Made by a program: the position numbers and the translations under genes. Positions 20,945 to 31,753 of a stretch of 64,000 nucleotides of DNA are shown piece by piece. The stretch spans positions 1 to 64,000 of the forward strand of contig JAIVFI010000042.1 in the NCBI GenBank assembly GCA_025558095.1, in the 5' to 3' direction. Below the pieces are notes generated by a model, which was not told where the DNA came from, did no database searches, and saw only the letters and a program-made list of their open reading frames with translations. The first letter of the stretch is position 1. The number at the start of each line of letters is the position of its first letter. The stretch comes from Hyaloraphidium curvatum SAG 235-1 (lineage: Eukaryota; Fungi; Monoblepharomycota).

Positions 20945-23527
20945 ATGGAGCCGTCGCCGGTGCATTCGCTCTTCACGACGTGCGACGACGTGCCGCCGGT
21001 GCCGCTGCGGGTGGAACGCCCTGCGGGCGCTGCCAAGGAGAAGCGGCGCCGCGCGCTGCCGCCGCTGCACGGCACGCTCGCGTTCGCTGCGCCGGGCGGC
21101 TTCGAGGTCGGGCGACCGGGCGGGCGGCGGGTGCTCTTCAACCACTTTTTGGACGGCGCGGCGAAGGTGGCGCGGCTCGAGTTCCTCGGCGACACCGCGG
21201 TGTTCTCGCTGGAGAAGGGCGGTTCCGCGCTCGAAAGGGCGATCGCCGACGGCGCTTCGTGGCCGGCCGAGCAGCACTTCACTTTCGGCACGGTGGACGT
21301 GAGCGAGAGCGCGTCGCGGGCGAGCATCGCCGTCGACCGCCCGATGCCAACCGCGGACGGACCGGCCACCAGGGGACCGGCCACCAGGGGACCACCCGAG
21401 CGATCCTACACGGCGCCCCCATCCGCCCCTCCGCCGCGGACCGTGTCAGTCGGCGCCGCCGACCCGAGCCCGCCGCCCGCCGCCAACGGCAAGCTGGTGA
21501 TCCAGACGCGCCCGCTGGCCGGCCTGCCCCGCTCGACCTCGACGCCCACCCTGACGACCCCCGCCGCCTCGCGCTCGCTCGCCTCGTACTTCTGGGGCGC
21601 GCCCTCGGCACCGAGCTCCCCGCCGCCCGCGGCGCAGAAGCAGGAGCCCTCGCCCTCGGTCGCCGGGCGCCACCCCTCGGCCTTCCACTGCTCCCACGCG
21701 GCCTTGGCGGCCCCGCTGCAGCCCTTCCTCCGCTCGTCGCCCGTCAGCCTGCTGCTGTTCGGCACCGGCGGCTTCGCCCAGGCGTGGGACGCCGAGCGCG
21801 CCTTTGCCGCCATCCCGCTCGACCCCAACCCCCCCGACGCGCGGTACCACGCGCTGCCGTGCCCCGAACCGCAGCTCGACGCGCGCGCGCGGACGCTGTA
21901 CCACGTCACGTTGCTGCTCCCGTCGGGCACCTCGTGGACCCCCCTGGGTGCCCGCTCCCGCGCGCGGATCACGCGGCTGGACCTCGCCGACGACATGGCC
22001 CCGGCCGTCGTTGCGGAATTCGACCACCCGGCGAGCTACCCGTGGTGCTTTGCGCTCACCCCCAACTACATCGTGCTCTTCTCGGGCCCCTCGACGTGCC
22101 GCCTCGACACTCCTACGGCCCCGCGGCGCTCGTTCTCCTTCTCGCGCGCCTCGGCCCCGCCGCCCGAGGGCTTCAAACCCCCTCCCGTGCTGCAATTCGC
22201 CTTCTCCCCCGCTCCAAATACGTACACCGTCGTCTCCCGGCACACGGGCCAGCTCCTCGGCCGCTTCCCCTCCCCCCTCCCTTACGGCGGCCTGGTCCGC
22301 GAGGTCGTCCGCGCCGGCGAGCGCGCCGGCCTGCTCACCCTCGACCTCCTGGTGCACGACGACCTCTCTGCCCAGGAGTGCCTCTCCCTCTCCTCGCTCA
22401 GGGGCCAGGACGGGTACGCCCGGCCCTCGCCCACCCGCGTGCTCCGCACCACCATCCACCCCGCCCTCGGCACAGTGCTCGAGACCCCGCTGACCGCCGT
22501 CCCGCTGTCGCACTTCCTCTCCCGCGGCGGCGGGACCTACGCCGTGCTGCACCCGCCGTGGCTCTCCCCCGGCCCGCACGCGTGGGAGGCGTCCTCCCTT
22601 GTCGCCCTGGACCCGGAATACGAGCCCCGCGCGCGGCTCCGCCCGCGCAGGGAGAGCACGGGGGAGCGGTGCGTGCCCGCGGGCAGGCCCGTGTGGATCC
22701 CCCACGCCGCGCGGCCGTGCGTCGCGCAGCCGGTGCTGCTTGTCCCCCCCCGCGCCGAGGCGGAGGACGCGGCGCCGCCCCGCCCGCGCGCCGCGGCGGT
22801 GCTGCTCCTGGACCCCGACACGCTGGACGAGCTCGCGAGGGTGGTGCTCCCCGAGCTGCCGTCGTGGTGGTGGGCGGGGTGCTGGGTGCCCGGCGGGGAG
22901 GACGGGGAGAGGTCGCCCGCCGGGGAGAGCGGGGAGTGGGGGGGGTTGGTCAAGGCGCACAGCCCGAGGGAGGAGATGGCGAGGGCGTTCGAGGAGGAGG
23001 AGAGGAGGAGGGGGTCGAGGGGGTTCGATGGGGAGGAAGATGAGGGGGAGGATGGGAAAGGGGAGGGTGGTGGGGAGGGGGACGGGAAGGGCGTCGAGGG
23101 CGCGGGGACGGTGGGTGCGGCCCCGGCGCCCGCCGAGCCGCACCCCGCGCAGGACCCGCCCGCGGACGCCACGCCGGGGTCCGGGGATTCCAGCTCCGCC
23201 GCGGACCACGACGCCCCCGAGGCACCCGACGCCGGCACCCCCCCTCCCGCAAGCAACTGGACCTCGGAGCAGCCCTCGGGCGCCACCACGCCCCCTTCCC
23301 GGTCGAGCTCGCCGGACGGCAACTGGACGTCGGAGGGGAGCACCCCCGTGACGGCGATCAACGCGCAGCCGACCGCGCAGAGGGACGAGCTGAGCGAGGG
23401 GTTCAGGACGCCGGATTCGGAGGCGGCGGAGAACGCGGCGGGGACGGGGGACAACGGGGCGGAGACGGTGGAGGAGGAGAGCCCGGTTACGGGCGGTAGC
23501 GTGCCGCAGCCGCCCGGGGCGGTGTAG
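20945..23527 (+). CDS. Carotenoid-oxygenase/RPE65-like beta-propeller protein lacking iron-ligand histidines, with an acidic low-complexity tail
   Basis: LHGTLAFAAPGGFEVG...FNHFLDG (cf. GxLxRNGPG...HWFDG), FALTPNYIVL, QPVLLVPPRAEAED, LLLDPDTLDELARVVLP. Confidence 0.7.
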   Translation: MEPSPVHSLFTTCDDVPPVPLRVERPAGAAKEKRRRALPPLHGTLAFAAPGGFEVGRPGGRRVLFNHFLDGAAKVARLEFLGDTAVFSLEKGGSALERAIADGASWPAEQHFTFGTVDVSESASRASIAVDRPMPTADGPATRGPATRGPPERSYTAPPSAPPPRTVSVGAADPSPPPAANGKLVIQTRPLAGLPRSTSTPTLTTPAASRSLASYFWGAPSAPSSPPPAAQKQEPSPSVAGRHPSAFHCSHAALAAPLQPFLRSSPVSLLLFGTGGFAQAWDAERAFAAIPLDPNPPDARYHALPCPEPQLDARARTLYHVTLLLPSGTSWTPLGARSRARITRLDLADDMAPAVVAEFDHPASYPWCFALTPNYIVLFSGPSTCRLDTPTAPRRSFSFSRASAPPPEGFKPPPVLQFAFSPAPNTYTVVSRHTGQLLGRFPSPLPYGGLVREVVRAGERAGLLTLDLLVHDDLSAQECLSLSSLRGQDGYARPSPTRVLRTTIHPALGTVLETPLTAVPLSHFLSRGGGTYAVLHPPWLSPGPHAWEASSLVALDPEYEPRARLRPRRESTGERCVPAGRPVWIPHAARPCVAQPVLLVPPRAEAEDAAPPRPRAAAVLLLDPDTLDELARVVLPELPSWWWAGCWVPGGEDGERSPAGESGEWGGLVKAHSPREEMARAFEEEERRRGSRGFDGEEDEGEDGKGEGGGEGDGKGVEGAGTVGAAPAPAEPHPAQDPPADATPGSGDSSSAADHDAPEAPDAGTPPPASNWTSEQPSGATTPPSRSSSPDGNWTSEGSTPVTAINAQPTAQRDELSEGFRTPDSEAAENAAGTGDNGAETVEEESPVTGGSVPQPPGAV

Positions 23528-23616
23528 GCACGCCGCGCCTCGGACGAGTCCAGCACCGGTTTCGACTCCATGTCTTAAGCACGCCCGGAACACGACCCGG
23601 CGAACAAAGCCGCACA

Positions 23617-24122
23617 TCAGTACCCCACGCGCACCTCGCATCCCTCCGGCAGCACCACCCAGGGCATCTTGCTCCCCGTCCACACGTGTCTGTTGACCTC
23701 GAACCACTGCCCGTCGTCGAACGTCCCGCCCATTACAGCGATCCCCGGGTACCGTTGCGCGCGCATGGCGACGGGGGACCCGCATTCGGTGCAGAAGGTT
23801 GTTTCGAGCCAGCGGCCCGATGCGGCGGTGTGGCGGTGGGTTTTGGAGGGGCCGGTTAGAGTGACGGCGTCGGGGGGGAAGAAGACGGCGACGGAGAAGG
23901 CCGAGCCGGTTCTGGGCGGAGCACAAGCTGCTCAGTGGGAAAGTCGCATGGATCGGGAGCGGGAGTCGGGTACCGTTTCTGGCAGTCGGCGCAGTGGCAG
24001 ACGGACGTGCGGGTCGGGTCCCCTTCGGTCTCGTAGCGCACGGCGCCGCAGAGGCACCCGCCGCGATGGAACTCCTCGCCGTCGGATTCGGAGCCCGAGG
24101 CATCGCGTGCGGGTGAGGCCAT
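23617..24122 (-). CDS. GFA/CENP-V (Mss4-like) zinc-binding protein; 1 intron
   Basis: GGCLCGAVRY, VCHCADCQKR|TGSAF, FCTECGSP, HVWTGSKMPW. Confidence 0.9.
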
Positions 24123-24453
24123 GGGAGCGCCGGGAGAGGGTGGCGGGGGGCGGCCACTGTTGACGATTGTTGAGGAGGGACGACATCCAAGGATCCCGGG
24201 AACGAATGAATCTTGAGCAATGCGTTCATTTCGGGTAGATCGCAATACCCGCCGTGGCTGGGGATGACCGCGGAGGAGATGTTCGAGGAGTACGTGTGGA
24301 CGTGTGGAAGGTGGGCGTGCATCGGACCCGCACGAGAGGGCGACGCCGGTAGAGGGTGGAAGGTGCGCATCAATGAGATTTCTCCTGAACGGATCGCCCG
24401 CAACATTGGCTCCAAGAATCCAAGTAAACTGTTTTCCCTCCCGGGTCCCTCCC

Positions 24454-25442
24454 TCAGACGGTTGGGCACGCCGATTCGACCGTCAGGAACACGCCCGCAC
24501 CGCGCCGGATGCTCCAGATCCCGAACCCGACGGTGAACCCCGTGATGCACAGCGTCCTCACGGCCCCGAACGACACCGGGAACCCCAGGAACCGCACCCT
24601 CCTCTCGCCGATCCCCGCGAACGAGCCCAGCACGTCCGCGTGCCGCGCGAGGGCCGCCGACAGCGCCGCCATGCGCGCATCGCCGCGGGCCGCGCGCGCG
24701 GCGGCGGCGGCCGCGAGCTCCCGGGCCTCGCGCCGGGCCTGGAGGTAGAGGTCCGCGGCCGCCGTGACATGCGTGTTCCCGGTTGCGACGATGACGAGCT
24801 CCACGATGAGGTGGAACATCAGCATTAGCAGGCCAAGGAGGAAGCACAGAGGGATGCAGGACCCCGTCGCCTTGCGGGCGGGACGGTTAGAAGGGTAACA
24901 AACCAAAGCAAGGAGAACCGACAATGAAGACGGCGATGTACACAATCCAGCTTACTATGGTCGATGAGTACCACATTTGGGCCGAGCCGAGCTGCCTAAG
25001 AACGCGTTCATCAAAGGCCGCACCGATCCATGGGTGAAGTGCCTGGTAAGGTTCGGCATCCGGGAGTGAGTCCAAAGTCGCGCGCACGTCGTCCACGGAC
25101 GCCTCGAGGGCGTCCCGGTAACGTCGAATAAACGCTGCGAGGTGCAGCCTGAGGGCCCGGTGCGTCAGACGGGCATTCAAATTCAACGCAGAGCTACTGG
25201 GACTGAAGACACTCAAACCCCCCAAGATCTGATAGTCACATTGAAAGATAACTGCGGCAAGATCCAATCAGACGCAACGATGTCAACGTTAGACAACGGG
25301 GCGACATCCACTTACGGGCCAGCGAGGCCATGGCACAAGTCCACGGCGTTCCCCAAGTTGCATCTCCAAAGGTGAACAGCAGCGTCCAGAGTCCGGAGAA
25401 GTAGGTGATGAAGAGGTAAATGAATCGAGGTATAGTTTGCAA
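24454..25442 (-). pseudogene. 5'-truncated, intron-containing member of the 7-TM (GRL-like) family
   Basis: Two introns (GTAAGT...GCAG and GTCGGT...CTAAC...CAAG) join segments with the family motifs ARLTHRALRLHL, EPYQALH, GSCIP and RFLGFPVSFGAVRT...ESACP*. There is an in-frame stop just upstream and no N-terminal half. Confidence 0.7.
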
Positions 25443-25486
25443 TCCATTTCAGCCCCAGGGCGCATCGCGGTCGGGTTTGAGCCGCG

Positions 25487-26785
25487 ATGGGCTCGAGCGC
25501 GGCGTTCCCCACCCTCTTCTCGCCGGCCGCGCTGGGCGGCGACGGCGCTGCGCTGGAGCTCCGCCACCGCGTGGTGCTCGCGCCGCTGACCCGCTGCCGC
25601 GCGTCCGACGCCACGCAGACGCCCGACCCGCGGCTGTTCGCCGCGTACTACGCGCAGCGCGCGACGCCGGGCGGCCTGCTCATCTCCGAGGCGACCAACG
25701 TGTCGTGGCGCGCAAAGGGCGACTACGGCTCGCCAGGCATCTTCGAGCCCGCGCACGTGGCCGCGTGGCGCACAGTTACCGCCGCCGTCGCTGCCCGCGC
25801 CCCCGGATGCGTCTTTTTCTGCCAGCTTTGGCACACCGGGCGGCAGGCGCACTCGCGCCTCACGCGCGGCGCACGGCCCGTCGCACCATCGGCAATCGCC
25901 CGTCCGGGCTCACTCACGCTGCCCTCGGGAGAGACCGTGCCCTTCGAGGTGCCGCACGAGCTCCGCGACGATGAGATCCCGGGCATCGTCGCCGAGTACC
26001 TCCACGCCGCGCGCTGCGCCCTCGACGCGGGCTTCGACGGCGTCGAAATCCACGCTGCAAACTCGTACCTTCTCGACCAGTTCCTCCAGGACGGCTCTAA
26101 CCGCCGGCCGCCCCCATACGGTGGCCCCGCCGCGAACCGCAGCCGCCTGCTCGCCGACATCCTCGATGCCATGCTCGCCTCCGACATCCCCTCCGCCCGG
26201 ATTGCCGTCCGCCTTTCGCCCTACGGCACCTGGGCCGGCGTCTCCACCTCGGACCCGGAAACCATCTGGCCGCTCGCGGTGTACGAATGCGGCCGCCGCA
26301 ACCTCGCCTACGTGCACTGCACCGAGCCCCCAAACCGCCGTCACACCGCGCACCTGGACCTCTCGGGCCCGTCGCTCGCACCCTGCGTAGCCGCCCTGCG
26401 CCGTGCAAACTCCGAGACGGAGTCGCAGGGCAAGCAGGGCTTCCGGCCGACCCTGTTCATGGCCTGCGGTCGGTACCTCGCGGCATCCGCGGACCTCGCC
26501 CTGCGCCCCGAGGACGAGGGAGGCGCGGGGTACGACCTCGTCGCGTTCGGCCGCCTCTTCATTTCGAACCCGGACCTCGTCGATCGGTTCCGCCGGAACC
26601 TGGAGCTGACCCGGTACGACACAAAGACGTTCTACACGCAGGGCGCCGAGGGGTACCTGGACTATCCTGCCTACGGGGATCCCGACGGGCCGTTCGGGAG
26701 GTGGGGCAGGTTCCGCGGGTATTTGGCGAGCCACGAGTGGGAGCCCGAGGTGGCTGCGGAGGCGGGCGACGAGGAGGAGGGCTAG
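25487..26785 (+). CDS. Old Yellow Enzyme (NADH:flavin oxidoreductase / ene-reductase)
   Basis: RVVLAPLTRCRA, YYAQRATPGGLLISEAT, CQLWHTGR, AGFDGVEIHAANSYLLDQF, VRLSP, AFGRLFISNPDL, TFYT...GYLDYP. Confidence 0.95.
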   Translation: MGSSAAFPTLFSPAALGGDGAALELRHRVVLAPLTRCRASDATQTPDPRLFAAYYAQRATPGGLLISEATNVSWRAKGDYGSPGIFEPAHVAAWRTVTAAVAARAPGCVFFCQLWHTGRQAHSRLTRGARPVAPSAIARPGSLTLPSGETVPFEVPHELRDDEIPGIVAEYLHAARCALDAGFDGVEIHAANSYLLDQFLQDGSNRRPPPYGGPAANRSRLLADILDAMLASDIPSARIAVRLSPYGTWAGVSTSDPETIWPLAVYECGRRNLAYVHCTEPPNRRHTAHLDLSGPSLAPCVAALRRANSETESQGKQGFRPTLFMACGRYLAASADLALRPEDEGGAGYDLVAFGRLFISNPDLVDRFRRNLELTRYDTKTFYTQGAEGYLDYPAYGDPDGPFGRWGRFRGYLASHEWEPEVAAEAGDEEEG

Positions 26786-27504
26786 ACCGCCTTGGAGCTC
26801 CTTGGACGCCGAACCCCTAAGAAATAGAGATGAAGGACATTGCGCAGCGGTCCATCGCGCTCGAACTTTTGGAAGCGGGGCGCCTTCATGTGAGGACTCC
26901 GAGGCGTGACCGTGACGCCTGTCCCCGACTTCGTCGTCGCGTTTGGAATCCAGCATGAGCATGATGAACGAACGTCGCCCCGATAGAACGGACTTCGGAT
27001 TCTGCACCTGGTCGACGATGGCAGCCAGATCGTTGGAATTCGCCGCTTCCACCCCCGTGGTCGCCGAGGCCGGCCGAGAATGAGGCGGAGCGACAGGCAA
27101 AAGTCAAGGAGACCGTCGAAGCCTGCGGAATGGACGTATTCTACCTCCTGCCAGCTGAGATCGAGGCACGCGGAGAGGAGAGCCGGGCCAGGGCGGATCA
27201 CTTCCAGATCGAGGAGCATGCGCAAGACGTGCGGGTTCCTCCATTCCTCGAGAGCCTGGTCGCGGACCCAGCGCGCGATCTCCAGCTTCACAGCCGACTT
27301 GCGAAAAGTCGTTGAGCATCCGGAGAAAAAAGCGCGGCGACGCAAACGAGTCGTTCAGACAAGAGGCCTCGAAGAAGGGAAGCAAGTGGCCTCCGTCGGA
27401 TCATGTCCGTAGCGCTGCAGTTCCCCATACGACGTGATGCATTCCGCCCTCAAGAGGAGAGGCTCATCCCCACTGATAGGTACAACGAACGTGGTGGGCG
27501 CCGA

Positions 27505-29238
27505 CTAGTTGGTGAGCACTTTGCTGGCGGCCCCCTTCTCCCCGCGCTCCTTGTCCAACCTCTCCTGGATCCTCTTCCTCCACTCCTTCGGCCCCTCCTG
27601 GTGCACGCTCGTCCCCTGCGCGTCCACCGCCACGATCACCGGCATGTCCGTGACCCCGAACTCGTAGACCGCCTCCATCCCCAGGTCCTCGAACGCGACC
27701 ACCCTGGCCGACCTGATCGCCTTGGAGACGAGGTACGCGGCCCCGCCAACGGCGGCGAGGTACGCCCTGCCCCCCTCCTTGATCGCCGCGATCGCCTCGG
27801 GCCCGCGCTCGGCCTTGCCCACCATCGCCAGCAGCCCCTGCCCGAGCATCGTCCGTGTGAACTTGTCCATCCGCGTCGCCGTGGTCGGCCCGGCAGGCCC
27901 GACCACCTCGTCTCCCACGGGGTCCACCGGGCCGACGTAGTAGATGACCCTGTTGGCGAACGACACGGGGAGCTGCTCGCCGCGGGCGAGCATGTCCTGG
28001 ATCCGCTTGTGCGCCGCGTCGCGACCCGTGAGCATCCTCCCGTTGAGCAGCAGCGTCTGCCCCGGCTTCCACGACTGGACCTGCTCGGCAGTCAGCGTGT
28101 CCAGGTCCACCCGCATGGACTTGAGCGGGTCGGCGTGCCACGCCACGTCGGGCCAGAGGTCCAGGCTCGGGGGATCGAGGTAGGCCGGGCCCGAGCCGTC
28201 CAGGACGAGCTTGGCGTGCCGAGTGGCGGCGCAGTTGGGGATCATGGCCACGGGTTTGCTCGCCGCATGGGTGGGGTACAGGGAGAGCTTGACGTCGAGC
28301 ACGGTGGTGAGACCGCCGAGGCCCTGCGCGCCGATGCCGAGGCCGTTGATCCGGTCGAACAGCTCCAGGCGAAGCTCCTCGCCGCGGTTGCTCGGGCCGC
28401 GCTCGCGGAGCTCGTGGATGTCGATCGGGTCCATCAGCGATTCCTTGGCCATCATGGCCGCCTTTTCAGCGGTGCCGCCGACGCCGATGCCCAGCATCCC
28501 CGGTGGGCACCACCCGGCTCCCATCTTGGGGACCTGCTCCAGGACCCAGTCGACGAGCGAATCCGACGGGTTGAGCATGGCGAACTTGGTCTTGTTCTCG
28601 CTGCCGAAGCCCTTGGCCGCGATCTCGATGGTCAGCTTGTCGCCCGGGACGAGGTCGACGTGAACGACGGCGGGCGTGTTGTCCCGCGTGTTCTTGCGCT
28701 CGAACAGGAGCGGGCTGGCGACGACCGAGGCACGCAACCGGTTCGCGGGGTCCGAGTAGCCCAACCGCACGCCCTCGTTGACGGCGTCGTGGACCGTTCC
28801 CGTCGAGCCGAATCCTTCGAGGCGGCAGTTCATTCCGACCTTGACGAAGGCATTCACGATGCCCGTATCCTGACAGATGGGACGCTTGCCCATGGCACAC
28901 ATCCGCGAGTTGGTCAGAATCTGTGCCATGGCGTCCTTGGCGGCCGGGCTCTCTTCCCGGTGATAGGCCTCGGACATGGCCTTGACAAAGTCCTCCGGGT
29001 GGTAGTACGAGATCATCTGCAGCGCCGCTCGAACGGACTCGACGATGTCCGCGCGGCGGATCCGCGTCGGCTCCGTCGGCGGCTCGTCCGGTTGCGCCGA
29101 GGGCGGCGGCGCACGGATGGGCACAGCGAGCTCGCCGTCGGGGTCGGCCGCAGTTGCGAACGCCCGCCGCAGCGGCTCACGCTGGGACGGCAGGAGGGAG
29201 CGCAAGCCGCGCTGCAGGGAGGCAGAGCGGGGCAACAT
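27505..29238 (-). CDS. fumA: Class I (4Fe-4S) fumarate hydratase with a predicted mitochondrial presequence; intronless
   Basis: RPICQDTG, KGFGSENK, GAGWCPPG, GIGAQGLGG, THAASKPVA, NCAATRH, GRDAAHKR, GPTTATRMD, DLGMEAVYEF. Arg/Ser/Leu-rich N-terminus MLPRSASLQRGLRSLL...RRAFATAA. Confidence 0.93.
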   Translation of the reverse strand: MLPRSASLQRGLRSLLPSQREPLRRAFATAADPDGELAVPIRAPPPSAQPDEPPTEPTRIRRADIVESVRAALQMISYYHPEDFVKAMSEAYHREESPAAKDAMAQILTNSRMCAMGKRPICQDTGIVNAFVKVGMNCRLEGFGSTGTVHDAVNEGVRLGYSDPANRLRASVVASPLLFERKNTRDNTPAVVHVDLVPGDKLTIEIAAKGFGSENKTKFAMLNPSDSLVDWVLEQVPKMGAGWCPPGMLGIGVGGTAEKAAMMAKESLMDPIDIHELRERGPSNRGEELRLELFDRINGLGIGAQGLGGLTTVLDVKLSLYPTHAASKPVAMIPNCAATRHAKLVLDGSGPAYLDPPSLDLWPDVAWHADPLKSMRVDLDTLTAEQVQSWKPGQTLLLNGRMLTGRDAAHKRIQDMLARGEQLPVSFANRVIYYVGPVDPVGDEVVGPAGPTTATRMDKFTRTMLGQGLLAMVGKAERGPEAIAAIKEGGRAYLAAVGGAAYLVSKAIRSARVVAFEDLGMEAVYEFGVTDMPVIVAVDAQGTSVHQEGPKEWRKRIQERLDKERGEKGAASKVLTN

Positions 29239-29672
29239 GGCGGCCGAGGAACTGGGTCGTGTTTGGAGAAACGGCCGTTTGCCACCGCCGGCCGAACTCG
29301 ACGCCACCAGCGGTTCGCACACAGCGCTCCCACTGATTGACTGATTGACATGTCGAAGACGCCATGTCGGCAGCTTTCGATGCCGACCTCTTCGAAGCCC
29401 GGGATCGAGCGGGTAGCGGAGCAGCCAACGTAGTGAAGGCCGAGAGCCCCAAGACGGTTGCTTTGTCGACTTTGCATCGTTCGCTGGCATTGCGTTCTTC
29501 CAATAGCAGAATCAATGAGATGGTCGACGACTATTGGCAACGCCATGAGCGCCGGGTTCGTGGCAACGCTGGTCTCCCGGCGGCCGTCTCCCATCCGACT
29601 CTCCGGCCGCCAACCACCGCTGCCGGAACTTCGCCGCGCCTCTGAAGCAGCACCAGTACCACAACCACAACC

Positions 29673-30906
29673 ATGTCCGCCGTCTCCTCCTCCGCCCTGC
29701 ACAGCCGCGTGGACCGCGAGGCCCTTCCCGGGCTGCAGGCCATGCTCGCGATGGTCGGCCCCAAGGGCTTCAACGGCATCGCGGATCTCCAAGAGCGCCG
29801 CAAGGCGATCGGGCAGGTTTTCTCCGCGATTGGGGTGGACGAGAGCAAGGTCAAGGTGGACGTGCACCGCGCTCCGGGCTTCGAGAAGGGAGACCCCGAA
29901 GTCGAGGTGCGCGTGCTGAGGCCCACGCGGCTGCCCGCGGAGGGGAACGCGGGGATTCTGTTCTTCCACGGTGCGTTGCTACGTGGAGGGTCTGCGTTCT
30001 GCCTCCTGATGACAATCACCAGGGGGAGGCATGGTGCTCGGCACCGCCAAGGAAACCGACGGAGGCGCCGCCGCTCTTGCGGACTCTGTTGGGGCCGTCG
30101 TCTTCAACGTCGAATAGTGAGCTCCGAACAGCATTGATTCCGGACCTCACCTGACGCCGAACCCGCCCAGCCGCCTCGCGCCCGAGCACCCCGCCCCCGC
30201 GCTGGTCAACGACTGCTTCGCCGGCCTCAAGTGGGCCTCGGCCAACGCCTCCAAGTTCGGCGTTGACAACAAGCGCCTGGCCGTGTACGGCGGCTCGGCC
30301 GGCGGCGGTCTGGCGGCGGGCACAGCGCTCATGGCGCGCGACCAGAAGCTCGACCCCCCGCTGGCGTTCCAGTGCCTCGTCTACCCGATGATCGACGACC
30401 GCCACGTATCGCCGGCGTCGCAGCAGATCGTCGACATCGGGATCTGGGACAGGGAGGGCAACATCGAAGGTTTGCATGGCCTGATCAACCCGTTCCTGTC
30501 CCTCGTTGCTCACTCTTTGCCTCCCCCGGCATCCGACTCTTTCCCTCGTCACCTACCCGATCCCTAACCTTTTCGTCCAGCTTGGAACTGGTACCTCGGT
30601 CGCGACGCATCTGTCGACCCCCTCATCCAGAAGGTCTCGATCTACGCTGCCCCCGCCAGGGCCTCGGTCGAAGACCTCAAAGGCCTCCCCCCCGCGTACA
30701 TCGACGTCGGCGACCTTGACGCCTTCAGGGACGAGGACATCGAGTACGCCATGAAGTTGCACGCAGCAGAGATCCCGACGGAGCTGCACGTCTGGCCCGG
30801 GGCATACCACGCGTGGGAGGTGTTTGCGCCCAACAGCAAGTCGGGGTCGACGACCATCAGGCTGCGGGCGGATGCGCTGCAGAGGGCGCTCGGCATTTCG
30901 GCTTGA
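29673..30906 (+). CDS. Alpha/beta hydrolase, hormone-sensitive-lipase (Abhydrolase_3) family; 3 introns
   Basis: FFHG|GG, VEY|RLAPEHP, GGSAGGGL, YPMIDDR, LPPAYIDVGDLDAFRDE, GAYHAW. Confidence 0.9.
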
Positions 30907-31421
30907 GTGCCCGCTCCATGATTCGGTTTCGGTCGTAGTCTGCACCGGCATCAATAGCAGATGAATGTTCCCGTTCCCGATTAAGGACTTCTCTGTAACT
31001 GTACCAGGCCGGAGGGCGTGGCCGGACTGTTCGCCGAAGACGAGGAGCCCGTCTGCGGGTCCGACGTCTCCCATGCACGGTCGCCGGACTCATCCCCACT
31101 CTAGCCCATCCCGGATCGGATCTAAAGCATCGTTCACTCTTTTCTAGTCTCAAGTTGGCCCTCGCCAACGCTGCTCCCGGTGTTCGCCACGAACCCCGCC
31201 CGCACCGAGCCTCCGCAGGACGGGACCGGACCTCACCGGGCTTCATTTCCTCGCTTCGACCACCGTGTTCCCACCGCACCTCGCTATCATACACGTCCAC
31301 AATATAGGGGTCAATTCGCCCGGGGAATACTTGTGATATGGTACTCGTGAGGTGTCCTCGGCACCGGTCGTGCCGGCACGCCGTCCGCCGCCCGTTTCCG
31401 GGCCGCGGAAGGCACCGCCGC

Positions 31422-31753
31422 TCATCGCCCGATCCCCAGGTCGACGCAGGCGACCCTGCCGGGCGGGCTGCCGGGGTATCCGTACTCGCCTGGGGTTTTC
31501 GCGGGTCAGGCGGTGGCCCGAGCACCGGTGCGCCCGGAGCGACTCACAGTACTCCGATGCGGCGCACTCGTAGCACGTGCGCTTGAAAACGGCGTGCGGT
31601 TGGCGTTCCAATGGGACGGGACTGCCGGGGGGAGGCGAGTCAGGCGCCGCGGGGGACGGCGAGGAAGGGTGCTCACGAGGCGAGGGCCGGGGCCGCGGGC
31701 AGCAGGAGGAGCGCGAGGAGCGCGAGCAGGAGGAACAGAGCGCGCGGCGCCAT
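31422..31753 (-). CDS. Small secreted 4-Cys peptide precursor, dispersed copy 4 (3 exons)
   Basis: Spliced product: MAPRALFLLLALLALLLLPAAPALASPVPLERQPHAVFKR-TCYECAASEYCEYGYPGSPPGRVACVDLGIGR*. Intron positions and phases match copies 1-3. Confidence 0.8.

Noticed and set aside
26790-27400. Possible coding remnant on the minus strand (EWRNPHVLRMLLDLEVIRPG...)
   Set aside because: Protein-like patches occur in different frames, but I found no recognisable family or consistent gene model.
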